This document shows positions 41,940 to 51,916 of a stretch of 64,000 nucleotides of DNA, in pieces. The notes below the pieces were generated by a model. That model saw only the letters and a program-made list of their open reading frames with translations, made no database searches and had not been told where the DNA came from. The position numbers and the translations under genes are program-made. Numbering within the stretch: the stretch's first letter is position 1; the number at the start of each line of letters is the position of its first letter. Location: IMG/VR virus record IMGVR_UViG_3300020180_000010, positions 60,348 to 124,347 of that record. One strand, given 5' to 3'. This stretch comes from a virus.

Positions 41940-42835
41940 TATATTAGCCTTCTTTCACGAAGGTGCCGTAGTTTCCTGTACTGAGGATTGGTAGAGCTGA
42001 CACTCCAGGTTCCCAATCCAGATGGAGCCGGGCGCATATTGTTTTTGATATATTTTAGTTGTTCAAAGTAATTTGCCAAAACCGTGCCGTATTGAGAATT
42101 CAGAAGTTCTGCCACGGATGGTGGATTAAAACTAAGACCATTATCCGAAATGGTGAATTCCCTACCTTTTTCGATCAGTGCTTTGCTCGCTAGAGCATAA
42201 ATGGTAGCTCCACGGATCAAAATATCAAAAAACAGTTCTATGATCGGAGTATCTTCAAAAGTAAAGCTTGTAAATATAGGAGTTTGATTAAAATCACTAA
42301 GTGACATACAAAGCAAAGTAACCAATGTATCGATTGAAAATATATCACAATCAATATATACGGTATTTCCGTGCTCATCCGTACGGACAGCTTTGCCAGA
42401 ACTGTTTAATCTGGCTTTCAGTCCTTTAAGAAGAATATTGATATTTCTGATTGCAGTTTGAGTATAGTTGAACCCCGGGTCATCACCCAGCGCTACGTAA
42501 CCATCGGAGTTTAATTTTGGAAGATCTGTTCCCGAGACAATAAAATTAAATGTAGCTTCTAATGGAAATCCTGATACATTCCCTCTCCAGACATCATTAT
42601 AAACGCCATTGTTTGGATTAATGCCGAATGTATAATCAAAACCATAGATGCCGGTTGAGAGACGATAGACTCCGGAGCTGGTAGGGGCGAGGGATACGAG
42701 ACCGCTTGGTTCACGAATCGATACGGTTGGAAAAAGATCCAAATCAGTAGGTGTTCCGGAGTCATCTTTAAAAGTTGCTCGGAGCGTAATGGTATCTTTT
42801 GGATGAATTGTTTCGGCGCGGGTTTTTATCGCCAT
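41939..42835 (-). CDS. Probable head-tail adaptor with N-terminal Ig-like domain
   Basis: 298 aa. Ig-like N-terminus and a helical C-terminus with SLSDFNQTP and EFTISDNGLSFNPP..LLNSQY, as in neck adaptor proteins. Confidence 0.6.
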   Translation of the reverse strand: MAIKTRAETIHPKDTITLRATFKDDSGTPTDLDLFPTVSIREPSGLVSLAPTSSGVYRLSTGIYGFDYTFGINPNNGVYNDVWRGNVSGFPLEATFNFIVSGTDLPKLNSDGYVALGDDPGFNYTQTAIRNINILLKGLKARLNSSGKAVRTDEHGNTVYIDCDIFSIDTLVTLLCMSLSDFNQTPIFTSFTFEDTPIIELFFDILIRGATIYALASKALIEKGREFTISDNGLSFNPPSVAELLNSQYGTVLANYFEQLKYIKNNMRPAPSGLGTWSVSSTNPQYRKLRHLRERRLI

Positions 42836-42860
42836 GAAAGCCTCCGAAATGTCCCGGGCC

Positions 42861-43193
42861 TCAGGAGCCCGTTATAGAAAAATTACCAAAAGGAACCTGT
42901 ACCAACAGATCAATCGTTTCGTTCCTCAGAAGAGTCCCGTCCATTGTGAATTCCATCACCGCGATATACGTACCGACAGCCGAAGCACCGATCGGAAGTT
43001 TAAATTTATACGTATAGATTCCAGTTGAAAGTTTAGTCATGGCGGCCGGAAAACCTACAGCTAAAGTTGAATTGGGAAAATAAATAGCCTTAACGTTAGG
43101 TAATACCGCGGCATCCGCAAGACTCCCGTAACCATCAAGACAGGTAAGGGTAAGCGTGGCAGTCTGGCCTGGACTATACAGAATAGATCTCAT
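42861..43193 (-). CDS. Stand-alone Ig-like virion protein
   Basis: Likely true start is MRSILYSPGQ at 43193 (110 aa), avoiding overlap with the plus-strand gene. Shares LSTGIY with the N-terminal domain of the next gene. Confidence 0.65.
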   Translation of the reverse strand: MRSILYSPGQTATLTLTCLDGYGSLADAAVLPNVKAIYFPNSTLAVGFPAAMTKLSTGIYTYKFKLPIGASAVGTYIAVMEFTMDGTLLRNETIDLLVQVPFGNFSITGS

Positions 43194-43238
43194 CCTATGA
43201 GAATGGTGAAATACGCATATAATAACATTTTTGCAAAC

Positions 43239-43637
43239 ATGAAGTCTATCAAAACTATTGAAAAAACATTCTTTGTAACCAATATTTCCGATAGAAATGT
43301 TAGTCTGTGTGATCTTAATCTGACTATTCCGGCCAGAACAACTGTCAATCTTTTGTCTCGGGGCCATTACCATTTGACAGAAGAACAGTTAGAATTATCT
43401 AAATCCTCCGGATCTCTATTTAAAAAAAGAAGTCTTGTAAAAGTTAGAAAGATTCCACCTCAGCAAGAAATAATTTCTAAATATACATTAGGCGATGAAG
43501 TCCACAGCCCTAGTCGTACAAAATCTATTGTAGAGTCGGTTCAACCACAATACGAAGAGCTGAATATCTCTGATGATATGTTTGCTCAAGAAAATGTCGA
43601 TATCGTATCGGCTGAGCGTAAAGACTATCTAAAATGA
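43239..43637 (+). CDS. Hypothetical protein
   Basis: Likely start MKSIKTIEK; first gene of a three-gene plus-strand cassette. Confidence 0.65.
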   Translation: MKSIKTIEKTFFVTNISDRNVSLCDLNLTIPARTTVNLLSRGHYHLTEEQLELSKSSGSLFKKRSLVKVRKIPPQQEIISKYTLGDEVHSPSRTKSIVESVQPQYEELNISDDMFAQENVDIVSAERKDYLK

Positions 43638-43798
43638 GCAATCTAGCTGAGAAAAATCAATCCGAAGAAAATGAGGAACCAGACTGTATGGTCAAATTAA
43701 AAGAAATAATTGACCAGTATAGACAATTGAATAAGTTATATGATCAGTGTATCGCAAGAATTAAGATAAATAATATAGAAAAGAATTCTAAGGTTTAA
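43634..43798 (+). CDS. Small hypothetical protein (54 aa)
   Basis: Below the ORF-track cut-off: MSNLAEKNQSEENEEPDCMVKLKEIIDQY...; ATGA overlap with the upstream stop, ends 1 nt before the next ATG. Confidence 0.55.
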   Translation: MSNLAEKNQSEENEEPDCMVKLKEIIDQYRQLNKLYDQCIARIKINNIEKNSKV

Positions 43799-43799
43799 A

Positions 43800-44204
43800 A
43801 TGGTTGACCGTAAAAAAAGTATAATTACTAAAAGTAGCCCTGATCTTCTTGAGGGCGAAAACGGTCTCCTTACGATCAGTGATGTAAATATTATTCTTGA
43901 AGCTAATCAAAAAGCGCTAACGATTTATCTTGAAGTAGAAAAACAAAACGAAGATATAATTAAATCATTATCTGAACAGAGCCAAAACTTCAAAAAAATT
44001 GATCTGATAAATGATAAACTGAAAGAAGTTATAGAGAATCAGGTTTCTTTGAAAGAAAAGATAACTGAAAACAAAGATCTTTTTGATAAAATCAAATCAA
44101 AAATAGATGAAATTGACCGCGCTATATTTAAACTGAGCATCATGATAGGCGGCGCGGGTGCAGGAAGTCTCATCACGATCATTCAAAGTGTTCTGAAACA
44201 CTAA
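43800..44204 (+). CDS. Coiled-coil protein with C-terminal membrane anchor
   Basis: 134 aa; heptad-rich body ending IFKLSIMIGGAGAGSLITIIQSVL. Confidence 0.65.
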   Translation: MVDRKKSIITKSSPDLLEGENGLLTISDVNIILEANQKALTIYLEVEKQNEDIIKSLSEQSQNFKKIDLINDKLKEVIENQVSLKEKITENKDLFDKIKSKIDEIDRAIFKLSIMIGGAGAGSLITIIQSVLKH

Positions 44205-44212
44205 ACTTTATA

Positions 44213-44443
44213 TTATTGAAGAACCATTACGTTGGCAGCTTTTGGTTTGCCTTTTTTATTCACACCCATGGTGAATGATACTTTTTGTTCTTTCTTAAGA
44301 GTTCGGAATCCTTCCGAAACAATATCAGAGAAATGAACAAAAAGGTCATCCTGACCATCCAGGCCAATAAATCCGTAACCTTTACGTGGATCAAACCAAA
44401 CTACCGTACCTTGAAACCGTTCTTCTTCTTTATTATCACTCAT
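44213..44443 (-). CDS. csp: Cold-shock domain protein (CspA family)
   Basis: [15 protein letters not shown] (RNP1), DLFVHFSDI (RNP2), [19 protein letters not shown]. Confidence 0.95.
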   Translation of the reverse strand: MSDNKEEERFQGTVVWFDPRKGYGFIGLDGQDDLFVHFSDIVSEGFRTLKKEQKVSFTMGVNKKGKPKAANVMVLQ

Positions 44444-44451
44444 GATGCTTC

Positions 44452-44685
44452 CTAATAAATAATTTTCCCGTCAACCTCTAACGTATTGCTACTACCAAAT
44501 ATCCGATCAATCTGTACGATTCCATACAGAGCAATTTGCTTCCGTTCAACCGGATCCGTACACCGTTTCATCTGCTCATCTGTATTTTTGAGAATTTCCA
44601 ACACTTCATGTTCGAATCCCAATTTTCTTGCAGTATTGAGAAGATTTCTCCTACTGATCTGTTCTGGTGTTGCTTTTACCATCAT
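44452..44685 (-). CDS. Hypothetical protein
   Basis: 77 aa, translationally coupled to the upstream HNH-like gene. Confidence 0.6.
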   Translation of the reverse strand: MMVKATPEQISRRNLLNTARKLGFEHEVLEILKNTDEQMKRCTDPVERKQIALYGIVQIDRIFGSSNTLEVDGKIIY

Positions 44686-44981
44686 ACCTTTATTGATTTG
44701 TTTTTAAACGTTACGTAGGGTTCAACAATACCCGGAACATTGGCTGTTCCATCCAGAACATAAACCAATATTCTTCCGTTGGGAAGTCGGGAACCAGGAT
44801 AAACCCCAATAACCTTTAACCTTCCTGAATGCGTATATCCGTGGTGGTTGGCGCAAAGAATAGCGAGATTCATCGGATGATTCGTGGTATTTACCTCTGT
44901 ACGTTCGCAAATGTGGTGTAGATGAAGATTTTCCCGTTCTTCACACCCTTCAATCTCACATTTGTTACGAATCAACTTCAC
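44682..44981 (-). CDS. HNH endonuclease-like protein
   Basis: CEIEGC..LHLHHI..NHPMNLAILCANHH..H zinc-binding HNH pattern. Confidence 0.8.
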   Translation of the reverse strand: MKLIRNKCEIEGCEERENLHLHHICERTEVNTTNHPMNLAILCANHHGYTHSGRLKVIGVYPGSRLPNGRILVYVLDGTANVPGIVEPYVTFKNKSIKV

Positions 44982-45010
44982 TCTGCCCTATCTATATCCT
45001 GAAAATATAC

Positions 45011-45874
45011 CTATGGCTTGAAATTCTTTCTTGCCAGATCGTATCCGATATTAAACATTCTTTTATAGCTTTCATGGCTAAAGTCCATCGAATCAGAAAT
45101 TAGGCTGGTTTCTGGTCTCAAAACATTAAGTTTAATATAACGTTTACCTTCAGACAACCCCGCCGTTACTAATTTATTGTAAAAAATACAAGTATTTATA
45201 TTATATTCCATAAGTTCATTCGACAATGTACTTAAAGTCCTTCCCAGAACATCAATCGTATTCCCCAACTTAGGATCATTGCTTCCTTCTGCTGGAGGAT
45301 TGCAAACCAACATATCAATTTCATCCGCACCTAAATTAATAGCATCGGACAGATTTACTTGTTTCTTTAAGCCACCATCACTAAAGATATCATCGCCAAT
45401 TTTAACCGGAATAAAGAATCCAGGATAACTGGAGCTGGCAATGACTCCCTTGATCAGATCATCATCTTTTTCCGTGAACATTCTATATTTATTCGTAACC
45501 AGTGAAACCGCACCTACACCGATCATTCTTCCGCTAGCTCTGATTCTTTTAAGATCAACATCTTTTTCTAACCAAGTAGTCAGGGGTGTTGAATCAAAAA
45601 GACTTTGTTTCCAGACGCTTGAAAGCTTTCCGAACGGCCACCAAGGTTTTATTACTTTTTCTTGAGAAATATTATTCCATTGATTTTCTAATTCAAGAAA
45701 AGCTTCTTTCGGCTGATCTTTTCTATGTTGAGCCAATACTGCTGAATTTATTGCACCGATGCTGATGCCGCAGACTCCGTCGTATTGAAGTTCAAGATCA
45801 TTTAATAAATATTTCAAACAGCCTGTTTGAAACGCTCCTCTGCATGAACCACCCGACATTACAAGAAATCTCAT
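45011..45874 (-). CDS. Patatin-like phospholipase
   Basis: Gly-rich SGGSCRG loop, nucleophile GISIG, ASSSYPGFF and catalytic DGG. Confidence 0.92.
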   Translation of the reverse strand: MRFLVMSGGSCRGAFQTGCLKYLLNDLELQYDGVCGISIGAINSAVLAQHRKDQPKEAFLELENQWNNISQEKVIKPWWPFGKLSSVWKQSLFDSTPLTTWLEKDVDLKRIRASGRMIGVGAVSLVTNKYRMFTEKDDDLIKGVIASSSYPGFFIPVKIGDDIFSDGGLKKQVNLSDAINLGADEIDMLVCNPPAEGSNDPKLGNTIDVLGRTLSTLSNELMEYNINTCIFYNKLVTAGLSEGKRYIKLNVLRPETSLISDSMDFSHESYKRMFNIGYDLARKNFKP

Positions 45875-45888
45875 TTTTATCCTAATAT

Positions 45889-46983
45889 TTATTCATCGCC
45901 AATCGCTCCATAGAACGAAACCGTAGCAAAAGAACCTTTACTGCCAATAAATGGCCTGTTATCCGCTAATCTTATTGTGAATTCTACTCCGGTAGAATAT
46001 GATAATGTTTTTACAGATCCGTATCTGAATGGCAGTTCAACCGTTTCTCCTGATGTTCCCCTGGGACCATTGGCTTTTGGTATCAGTGGATACTGTCCCA
46101 ACGCTTCTTCTATAAGATTTTTCATATTTTTGAAATATGTTGTCTCGTATAGAAATTTATTTGGATAATCATATGGATTATAGACATAAGTATCGAAAAC
46201 GATCGTATCGTTCAAAACGATATCACTGGTGTACTGTACATCCGCTACCTCAATATCAATTTTTTTATTAGGCGGCGGAGTCAATGTCCATTCAGATGTT
46301 GTAGCGTGGGAATAGCTGCACAATACCTCTTTTCCTGACCAATCATCAAAAGAATTTATGTAACCATCTTCATAAAAAATTTCATAATCACCACCAGAAT
46401 CAGCAAATGGTTGCCGGTATGATTTTGCATACCCATCAACCGTCACCACAACATCGTAATTATGACCAACCTCTAATCTATAAATATAATCATGATACAT
46501 TCTGCCAGACAGCATATCAATCCAATTAACATTATCACTTGACCATTGAAAACCATCAGAGCTTGTTAAAGTCTCTTCGGTTATTCTTTGGCTTCTCTGG
46601 TACCAACTGCATGGATCGGAAAAGTTATGAGAAACCAGTATAATATCCGTACCGACTCTAGGAAACGGAACCGTAATGTCTCTGCCTTCAGAGTCTATTT
46701 TTTTAATTGATTTATTTGCATTGTTTTTGTAATTATCTTCAAAATCAGTTTTATCAAGATCATTCTGTTCTTGAGTAATAGAGCCGTTCAGTAAGACAGT
46801 TTCCGGAATAGTTCCTTTCCAAATTTGACACAGATGAACTTCCGGCCCGTCGTATCCCCATACGGTATACATGACGCCATCATCATCATATTGGTGCAGA
46901 AACCTTTTGATTGCAAATATAACTTTCCAATCGGTCCAGCTATAATTTCTTTGTGTATAATTTTGTGCGATCGTAATGGCCAT
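45889..46983 (-). CDS. Virion protein sharing its N-terminal domain with the 1636-aa fibre
   Basis: 364 aa; QNDLDKTDFE.NYK motif shared with 46992..51902. Confidence 0.7.
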   Translation of the reverse strand: MAITIAQNYTQRNYSWTDWKVIFAIKRFLHQYDDDGVMYTVWGYDGPEVHLCQIWKGTIPETVLLNGSITQEQNDLDKTDFEDNYKNNANKSIKKIDSEGRDITVPFPRVGTDIILVSHNFSDPCSWYQRSQRITEETLTSSDGFQWSSDNVNWIDMLSGRMYHDYIYRLEVGHNYDVVVTVDGYAKSYRQPFADSGGDYEIFYEDGYINSFDDWSGKEVLCSYSHATTSEWTLTPPPNKKIDIEVADVQYTSDIVLNDTIVFDTYVYNPYDYPNKFLYETTYFKNMKNLIEEALGQYPLIPKANGPRGTSGETVELPFRYGSVKTLSYSTGVEFTIRLADNRPFIGSKGSFATVSFYGAIGDE

Positions 46984-46991
46984 ATTATTCC

Positions 46992-49900
46992 TTATTCATC
47001 GTATGAATCAAATGATCCTCTATAATTTATAGTTGTAGAGGAAGAAGTCGTGACGTACATTGTTAATACGACTGGTCCAGCAACCCTTATAACGGATCCA
47101 TAAATCCGAGTAAACGGATTTGCCGCACCTGCCACGCTAATAAAGTCTGAAACTTGTCTTTCTACGTCATTCGAACCAGTCAAGGATTTCGTTCTGAGCA
47201 CCGATACCGAAGTTCCGCCGGAAACTGTAGAGCTGTTACCATGATAGATTCCCGTAACGTTGCATGTTTTTCCGGTTATTACGTAATGATGAGCCCAGAA
47301 AGTAGCATTATCACCGGCTGCGATTGATCCAACAACCGTGCCGGTTTTGTTTACTCCGGTATAAAGTGAAATAATTCCGGCATTTACTAAGCCGGATCCA
47401 GCAGTCAATACTTCTATTTTTTCTATATGACATATAGTCGTCGTAACAAGATTCACGCCTGTAGTTCCGTTCAACGTAACATCTTCCGTACCGTTTGTTG
47501 TTCCGGTACTATTGACCCAAAAAATTCTAACTGTTCTGGCACCGGTACCGGCTGATTTATCGTTGGCGCTAGCAGAAGCTATGGATCCGGTAAAATTTGA
47601 AGTTTGTTGGGTATATGTGGTTTTACGTATAGATGAAGTAGTAACGGATGATAAAACAATCACGCCAACTGATAAATTAGGAGTTGAAGTGGTTGGAGCG
47701 GTGGTTACGGGAATGGCTGGTTGATTCGGACTCAACACTACTACTAAAGCTTGATCCGATACTCCTGGTGCAGTTGAAGCAGCCTTGACTGACGGAACCC
47801 TCAAAACACCTGCGCTGTCATAACCAGCAATTTGGGCCCCAACTGGCGGCTGTGTGGTGGACCCGGGCGTCCCTCCGAATAATATACTCGGATCCGATAC
47901 ATTAGAGGCTCGTAACGTAATATTAGCGGTACCGGAAGTAAATGCCGATACTATGATACGTGCCAACCCTGCGCCACCCACTCCAATTATGGTGCTGGAT
48001 GTAGCAGTATTGGAAGAACTGAATACTATACTAGATACTTTGTTTCCACCGGTATTATCTATGTATGTGGAGTTCCAAGTAGTTCCGCCATTAAAAGAAA
48101 CTTCTGCAAGAATAGTTCCGATTAATGTCCCGGCAGCCAACTGAAACCCAGCAGTTTCTCTACCGGCTAATGTTATCTGAACATTTGCATTAAGTGCATT
48201 GAGCGTTCCGGTAGCAGTGACGTCCGCAACCTGAACCGGAAGTGTATTATTTGGACTCACCGCAACTACAAGAGCAGGATCAGTCGCTATAGCCGCGGTA
48301 CTGGCAGCTTTCACCGCAACTGGACCATTCGTAGCATCGGTTATCTTGGTAGACCAGGCATTGGCTAATGATGCGGAGGTTCCCTGATTAACTATACCGA
48401 TAGTATTGCTACCAGTCGGGACAGGTGAATTAGGAGACAACGCAACAACAAAAGAAGTATCTCCGGCAACCGCAGCGGTACTGGCGGCTTTTACAGTTGC
48501 CCTGGTTCCCCTGGTGGTTCCGTCTTCAATTACATTGATCTGAGCGCGTTTAGAGTCTATTCTGGCTGCCGCGGCATCATTTTCAGTCAGTGCGGTACCC
48601 GCGACTTCATCGAAAATATAACCAACCGGTTGGACTCTAGTCGTACCATCGGTAAACGCACCATTATCTACTAATGACTGCGCAGTAATGCTAGCGTCTA
48701 GCGCAAGACCATTTGTTGTTCCGATATTCGCCGTTATGGTTCCGGATACTGGCTGCGTAACACCCGAGCCATCTACTCTTAGTAATCCAGTTGTGGTGAG
48801 TGATAGAGCACTCATCTGCCCATTAGTATAGGATGGGGCTGCCGTGGTAACGGATCCACCAATATACGTTGCAGAGGCGGGAGGAGTCGTGCCGGTAGTC
48901 GATACCGAAGGATTAGACGCTGAAATAGATCCGGTAATTCTTAATGCGCCAGATGTATCGAGTGATAACGGGCTAGATTGGCCGTTAGTATATGTTGGGG
49001 CAGTCGTGGTAACGGCGCCCAAATATAGTGTGCCGGATTGTCCAGATGTAGTCGAACCTTGGGTTAGAGTTAATTTAGCTAATGATGTTTCGGTTGCGGC
49101 GCCAGACGGTAACGGAAGTGATGCCGCGGACACTGCAAATGTCCCGGATCCGGCATTCGCCGTTACGGTCCAAGATCCTGATTGTGATGTTGGTATTGCG
49201 GATTGATCAGATGACAATACTACCGGAGTAGAACTGGCCATTGTTTTCTGGCCCAAAGTATTTATTCTAGATTGGAATCCAGACAAAGTCAGTATAGTTG
49301 CTAACGTTGATTCCGTAGCTGCTCCGGCTGGTAATGGAAGCGAAGCGGCCGATACAGGCTGTGTCACGGCTGATCCGTCTACACGTAACGCTCCTACTGT
49401 GGTGAGCGACAATGCGGACATTTGTCCCGTAGTATAGGAAGGTGCAGCTGTTGTTACGGATCCTCCTATATAGGTAGCGGATCCTGGAGGAGCGGAACCC
49501 GTCGTACTGACAGATGGATTGGTTACCGTAATGGCATTATTAGGACTGATCGCAACAACTAGAGCAGGATCCGAAGCAACCGCGGCTGTGCTGGCAGCTT
49601 TAACTGTTGCACGAGTGCCACGTGTGCTTCCATCCTCAATAACTAGTATCTGGGCACGTTTGTTGTCGATACGAGCTGCCGCGGCATCGTTCTCCGTTAA
49701 CGATGTACCGGCGACCTCATCGAAGATGAATCCTACCGGTTGAACCCGTGTTGTTCCGTCAGTAAACGCCGCGTTATCAGCTACAGAGTGTGCAGTTAAC
49801 GTCGTATCGAGTGCTAAACCATTGGTAGTGCCGATATTAGAAGTAACGGTACCAGATACAGGTTGAGTCGTACCGGACCCATCTACTCTTAAAAGTCCTG

Positions 49901-51902
49901 AAGTAGTTAGTGATAAAGCGCCTAAATTTCCAGTAGTGTAGGTTGGTGCGGCAGTCGTGACGGTTCCACCAGCCAATCCGGCAGTAGCGGGCGTAGTAGA
50001 TCCGGTTGCTGATTCAGATGCGGTTTGAGATCTTAAATTAGCAGCTGTTGACTGTACGACTGTAAAGTTACCTGTACCGGCATTTGCGGTAACGGTTCCA
50101 GATACAGGCTGAGTCGTGGCAGAACTATCTGTTCGTAATGCCCCGGCAGTCGTTAAACTAAGAGGTGAAGTTTGAGCGGTCGTATAAGATGGCGCGGCTG
50201 TCGTGACAGCCCCCTGAACTAAATTGCCCTTTTGCCCAGAAGTAGTAGATCCTTGCGTTAATAAAATACCATTAACTGATGCATCAAGCGCTAATCCGTT
50301 AGTCGTTCCGATATTTGCCGTAACAGTTCCGCTGACTGGCTGTGTTACTGCGGATCCATCGACTTTTAATGCATTTAAACCTGTTACGGTAGCTGAATTA
50401 CCACCTTGATTTATAGTTGCTAGCCATGGAGTAGTGTTGGCAGTATTACCCGGTTGAACTGTCCAGGTACCTGATTGGGTTGCTGCGACAGTTCCACTGA
50501 CAGGTTGTGTTGCACCGGATCCATCAGTACGAAGCAAACCGCCAGTTGTTAGTGATAGTGCATTTAATTGACCAGTTGTATAGGTAGGTGCGGCGGTCGT
50601 GACAGAACCACCAATATATGTAGCGCTGCTGGGCGGTGACGCAGCGGTTGCCGATACTGAAGGGTTGGTTGCAGTGACGGTCCCGGTAACGGCAATAGTA
50701 GACTGATCTGTTGCCAGAACAACTGGTGTTGAATTGGCAGATGTTTTTTGGCCTAATGTATTTATTCTTCCGATAAATGTAGAATCGGCAAGTCGAGTGC
50801 CGAGAGTAGTTTCGGTTGCGGCACCCGTAGGTAATGGTAAAGATGCTGCGCTTATCGGCTGAGTCGTGCCGGAACCATCAACTCTTAACGCACCAGACGT
50901 TGTAAGTGATAATGGATTTATATTTCCAGTTGTATATGTAGGAGCCGCAGTAGTTACGGAACCACCGACAAGAGCTTGGGTACTGGATCCAAGTGCCGTT
51001 GATTGCGCTATAGTTAATTTGGCAAGAGTTACGTCGAGTGCCAAACCATTAGTAGTCCCGACATTAGCGGTTACGGTACCGCTGACCGGTTGGGTTACAG
51101 CCGAGCCATCGACTTTAAGAGCATTAGCTCCGGTAACGGTTGCTGAATTGCCGCCTTGATTAATAGTAGTTAACCAGGGAATAGTGTTGGCAGTGTTACC
51201 CGGCTGAACTGTCCAGGTACCGGATTGTGTTGCTGATACGGTTCCACTGACTGGTTGTGTCGTACCGGATCCGTCAGTACGTAATAGTCCTCCCGTTGTG
51301 AGGGACAAGGCAGATATTTGTCCCGTAGTATAGGAGGGAGCTGCCGTTGTGACGGATCCCCCAATATACGTAGCGGAGGCTGGAGGAGTTGAACCGGTAG
51401 TACTGACGGATGCATTTGCAGCCGTGACGGTCCCGCTGACCGTTATGGCGGTTCCTCCGGAAACACCTTGAATGCTAAGTACTCCTCCGGCTGGAGTCCC
51501 GGCGACACCCTGCCCGATCATTATGAGTCTTCCAGAAGAATCAGACCTTACGGTCCTGACTATACTTCCGTCACTCGCAGCAATTAATGTAGGATTGGTT
51601 GAGTTGGCTGCGGAACCATCCACGGCAGCTGGAGGCGACACAACGCGATTCGTAACGATATCTTTGTAGTTGGTTTCAAAATCAGTTTTATCAAGATCGT
51701 TTTGAACCTGATTGTAGCTTGCATTCGGAACTGTAACTTTGAAGATCAGGACGTAATATATTATATTTCCATCAAGTGAAAATATCTCATACGCGGTTGC
51801 GGTTTCTTCATACTGAATAGTAAGATTTTTACTCGAAACAGTACTTTTGAAAGATGTCCACGAAACATCTATTCTTATCAGACCTGAACCAATCTTTGCC
51901 AT
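46992..51902 (-). CDS. Giant modular repeat fibre protein
   Basis: 1636 aa, Thr/Ala/Ser/Gly-rich, with several interleaved 20-60-aa repeat families. Confidence 0.8.
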   Translation of the reverse strand: MAKIGSGLIRIDVSWTSFKSTVSSKNLTIQYEETATAYEIFSLDGNIIYYVLIFKVTVPNASYNQVQNDLDKTDFETNYKDIVTNRVVSPPAAVDGSAANSTNPTLIAASDGSIVRTVRSDSSGRLIMIGQGVAGTPAGGVLSIQGVSGGTAITVSGTVTAANASVSTTGSTPPASATYIGGSVTTAAPSYTTGQISALSLTTGGLLRTDGSGTTQPVSGTVSATQSGTWTVQPGNTANTIPWLTTINQGGNSATVTGANALKVDGSAVTQPVSGTVTANVGTTNGLALDVTLAKLTIAQSTALGSSTQALVGGSVTTAAPTYTTGNINPLSLTTSGALRVDGSGTTQPISAASLPLPTGAATETTLGTRLADSTFIGRINTLGQKTSANSTPVVLATDQSTIAVTGTVTATNPSVSATAASPPSSATYIGGSVTTAAPTYTTGQLNALSLTTGGLLRTDGSGATQPVSGTVAATQSGTWTVQPGNTANTTPWLATINQGGNSATVTGLNALKVDGSAVTQPVSGTVTANIGTTNGLALDASVNGILLTQGSTTSGQKGNLVQGAVTTAAPSYTTAQTSPLSLTTAGALRTDSSATTQPVSGTVTANAGTGNFTVVQSTAANLRSQTASESATGSTTPATAGLAGGTVTTAAPTYTTGNLGALSLTTSGLLRVDGSGTTQPVSGTVTSNIGTTNGLALDTTLTAHSVADNAAFTDGTTRVQPVGFIFDEVAGTSLTENDAAAARIDNKRAQILVIEDGSTRGTRATVKAASTAAVASDPALVVAISPNNAITVTNPSVSTTGSAPPGSATYIGGSVTTAAPSYTTGQMSALSLTTVGALRVDGSAVTQPVSAASLPLPAGAATESTLATILTLSGFQSRINTLGQKTMASSTPVVLSSDQSAIPTSQSGSWTVTANAGSGTFAVSAASLPLPSGAATETSLAKLTLTQGSTTSGQSGTLYLGAVTTTAPTYTNGQSSPLSLDTSGALRITGSISASNPSVSTTGTTPPASATYIGGSVTTAAPSYTNGQMSALSLTTTGLLRVDGSGVTQPVSGTITANIGTTNGLALDASITAQSLVDNGAFTDGTTRVQPVGYIFDEVAGTALTENDAAAARIDSKRAQINVIEDGTTRGTRATVKAASTAAVAGDTSFVVALSPNSPVPTGSNTIGIVNQGTSASLANAWSTKITDATNGPVAVKAASTAAIATDPALVVAVSPNNTLPVQVADVTATGTLNALNANVQITLAGRETAGFQLAAGTLIGTILAEVSFNGGTTWNSTYIDNTGGNKVSSIVFSSSNTATSSTIIGVGGAGLARIIVSAFTSGTANITLRASNVSDPSILFGGTPGSTTQPPVGAQIAGYDSAGVLRVPSVKAASTAPGVSDQALVVVLSPNQPAIPVTTAPTTSTPNLSVGVIVLSSVTTSSIRKTTYTQQTSNFTGSIASASANDKSAGTGARTVRIFWVNSTGTTNGTEDVTLNGTTGVNLVTTTICHIEKIEVLTAGSGLVNAGIISLYTGVNKTGTVVGSIAAGDNATFWAHHYVITGKTCNVTGIYHGNSSTVSGGTSVSVLRTKSLTGSNDVERQVSDFISVAGAANPFTRIYGSVIRVAGPVVLTMYVTTSSSTTINYRGSFDSYDE

Positions 51903-51916
51903 TATCGTGCCTTATT

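Noticed and set aside
43194-43373. N-terminal 60 aa of the 170-aa ORF 42861..43373
   Set aside because: It overlaps the plus-strand gene in antisense; similarity to the neighbouring Ig-like domain begins at Met 43193.
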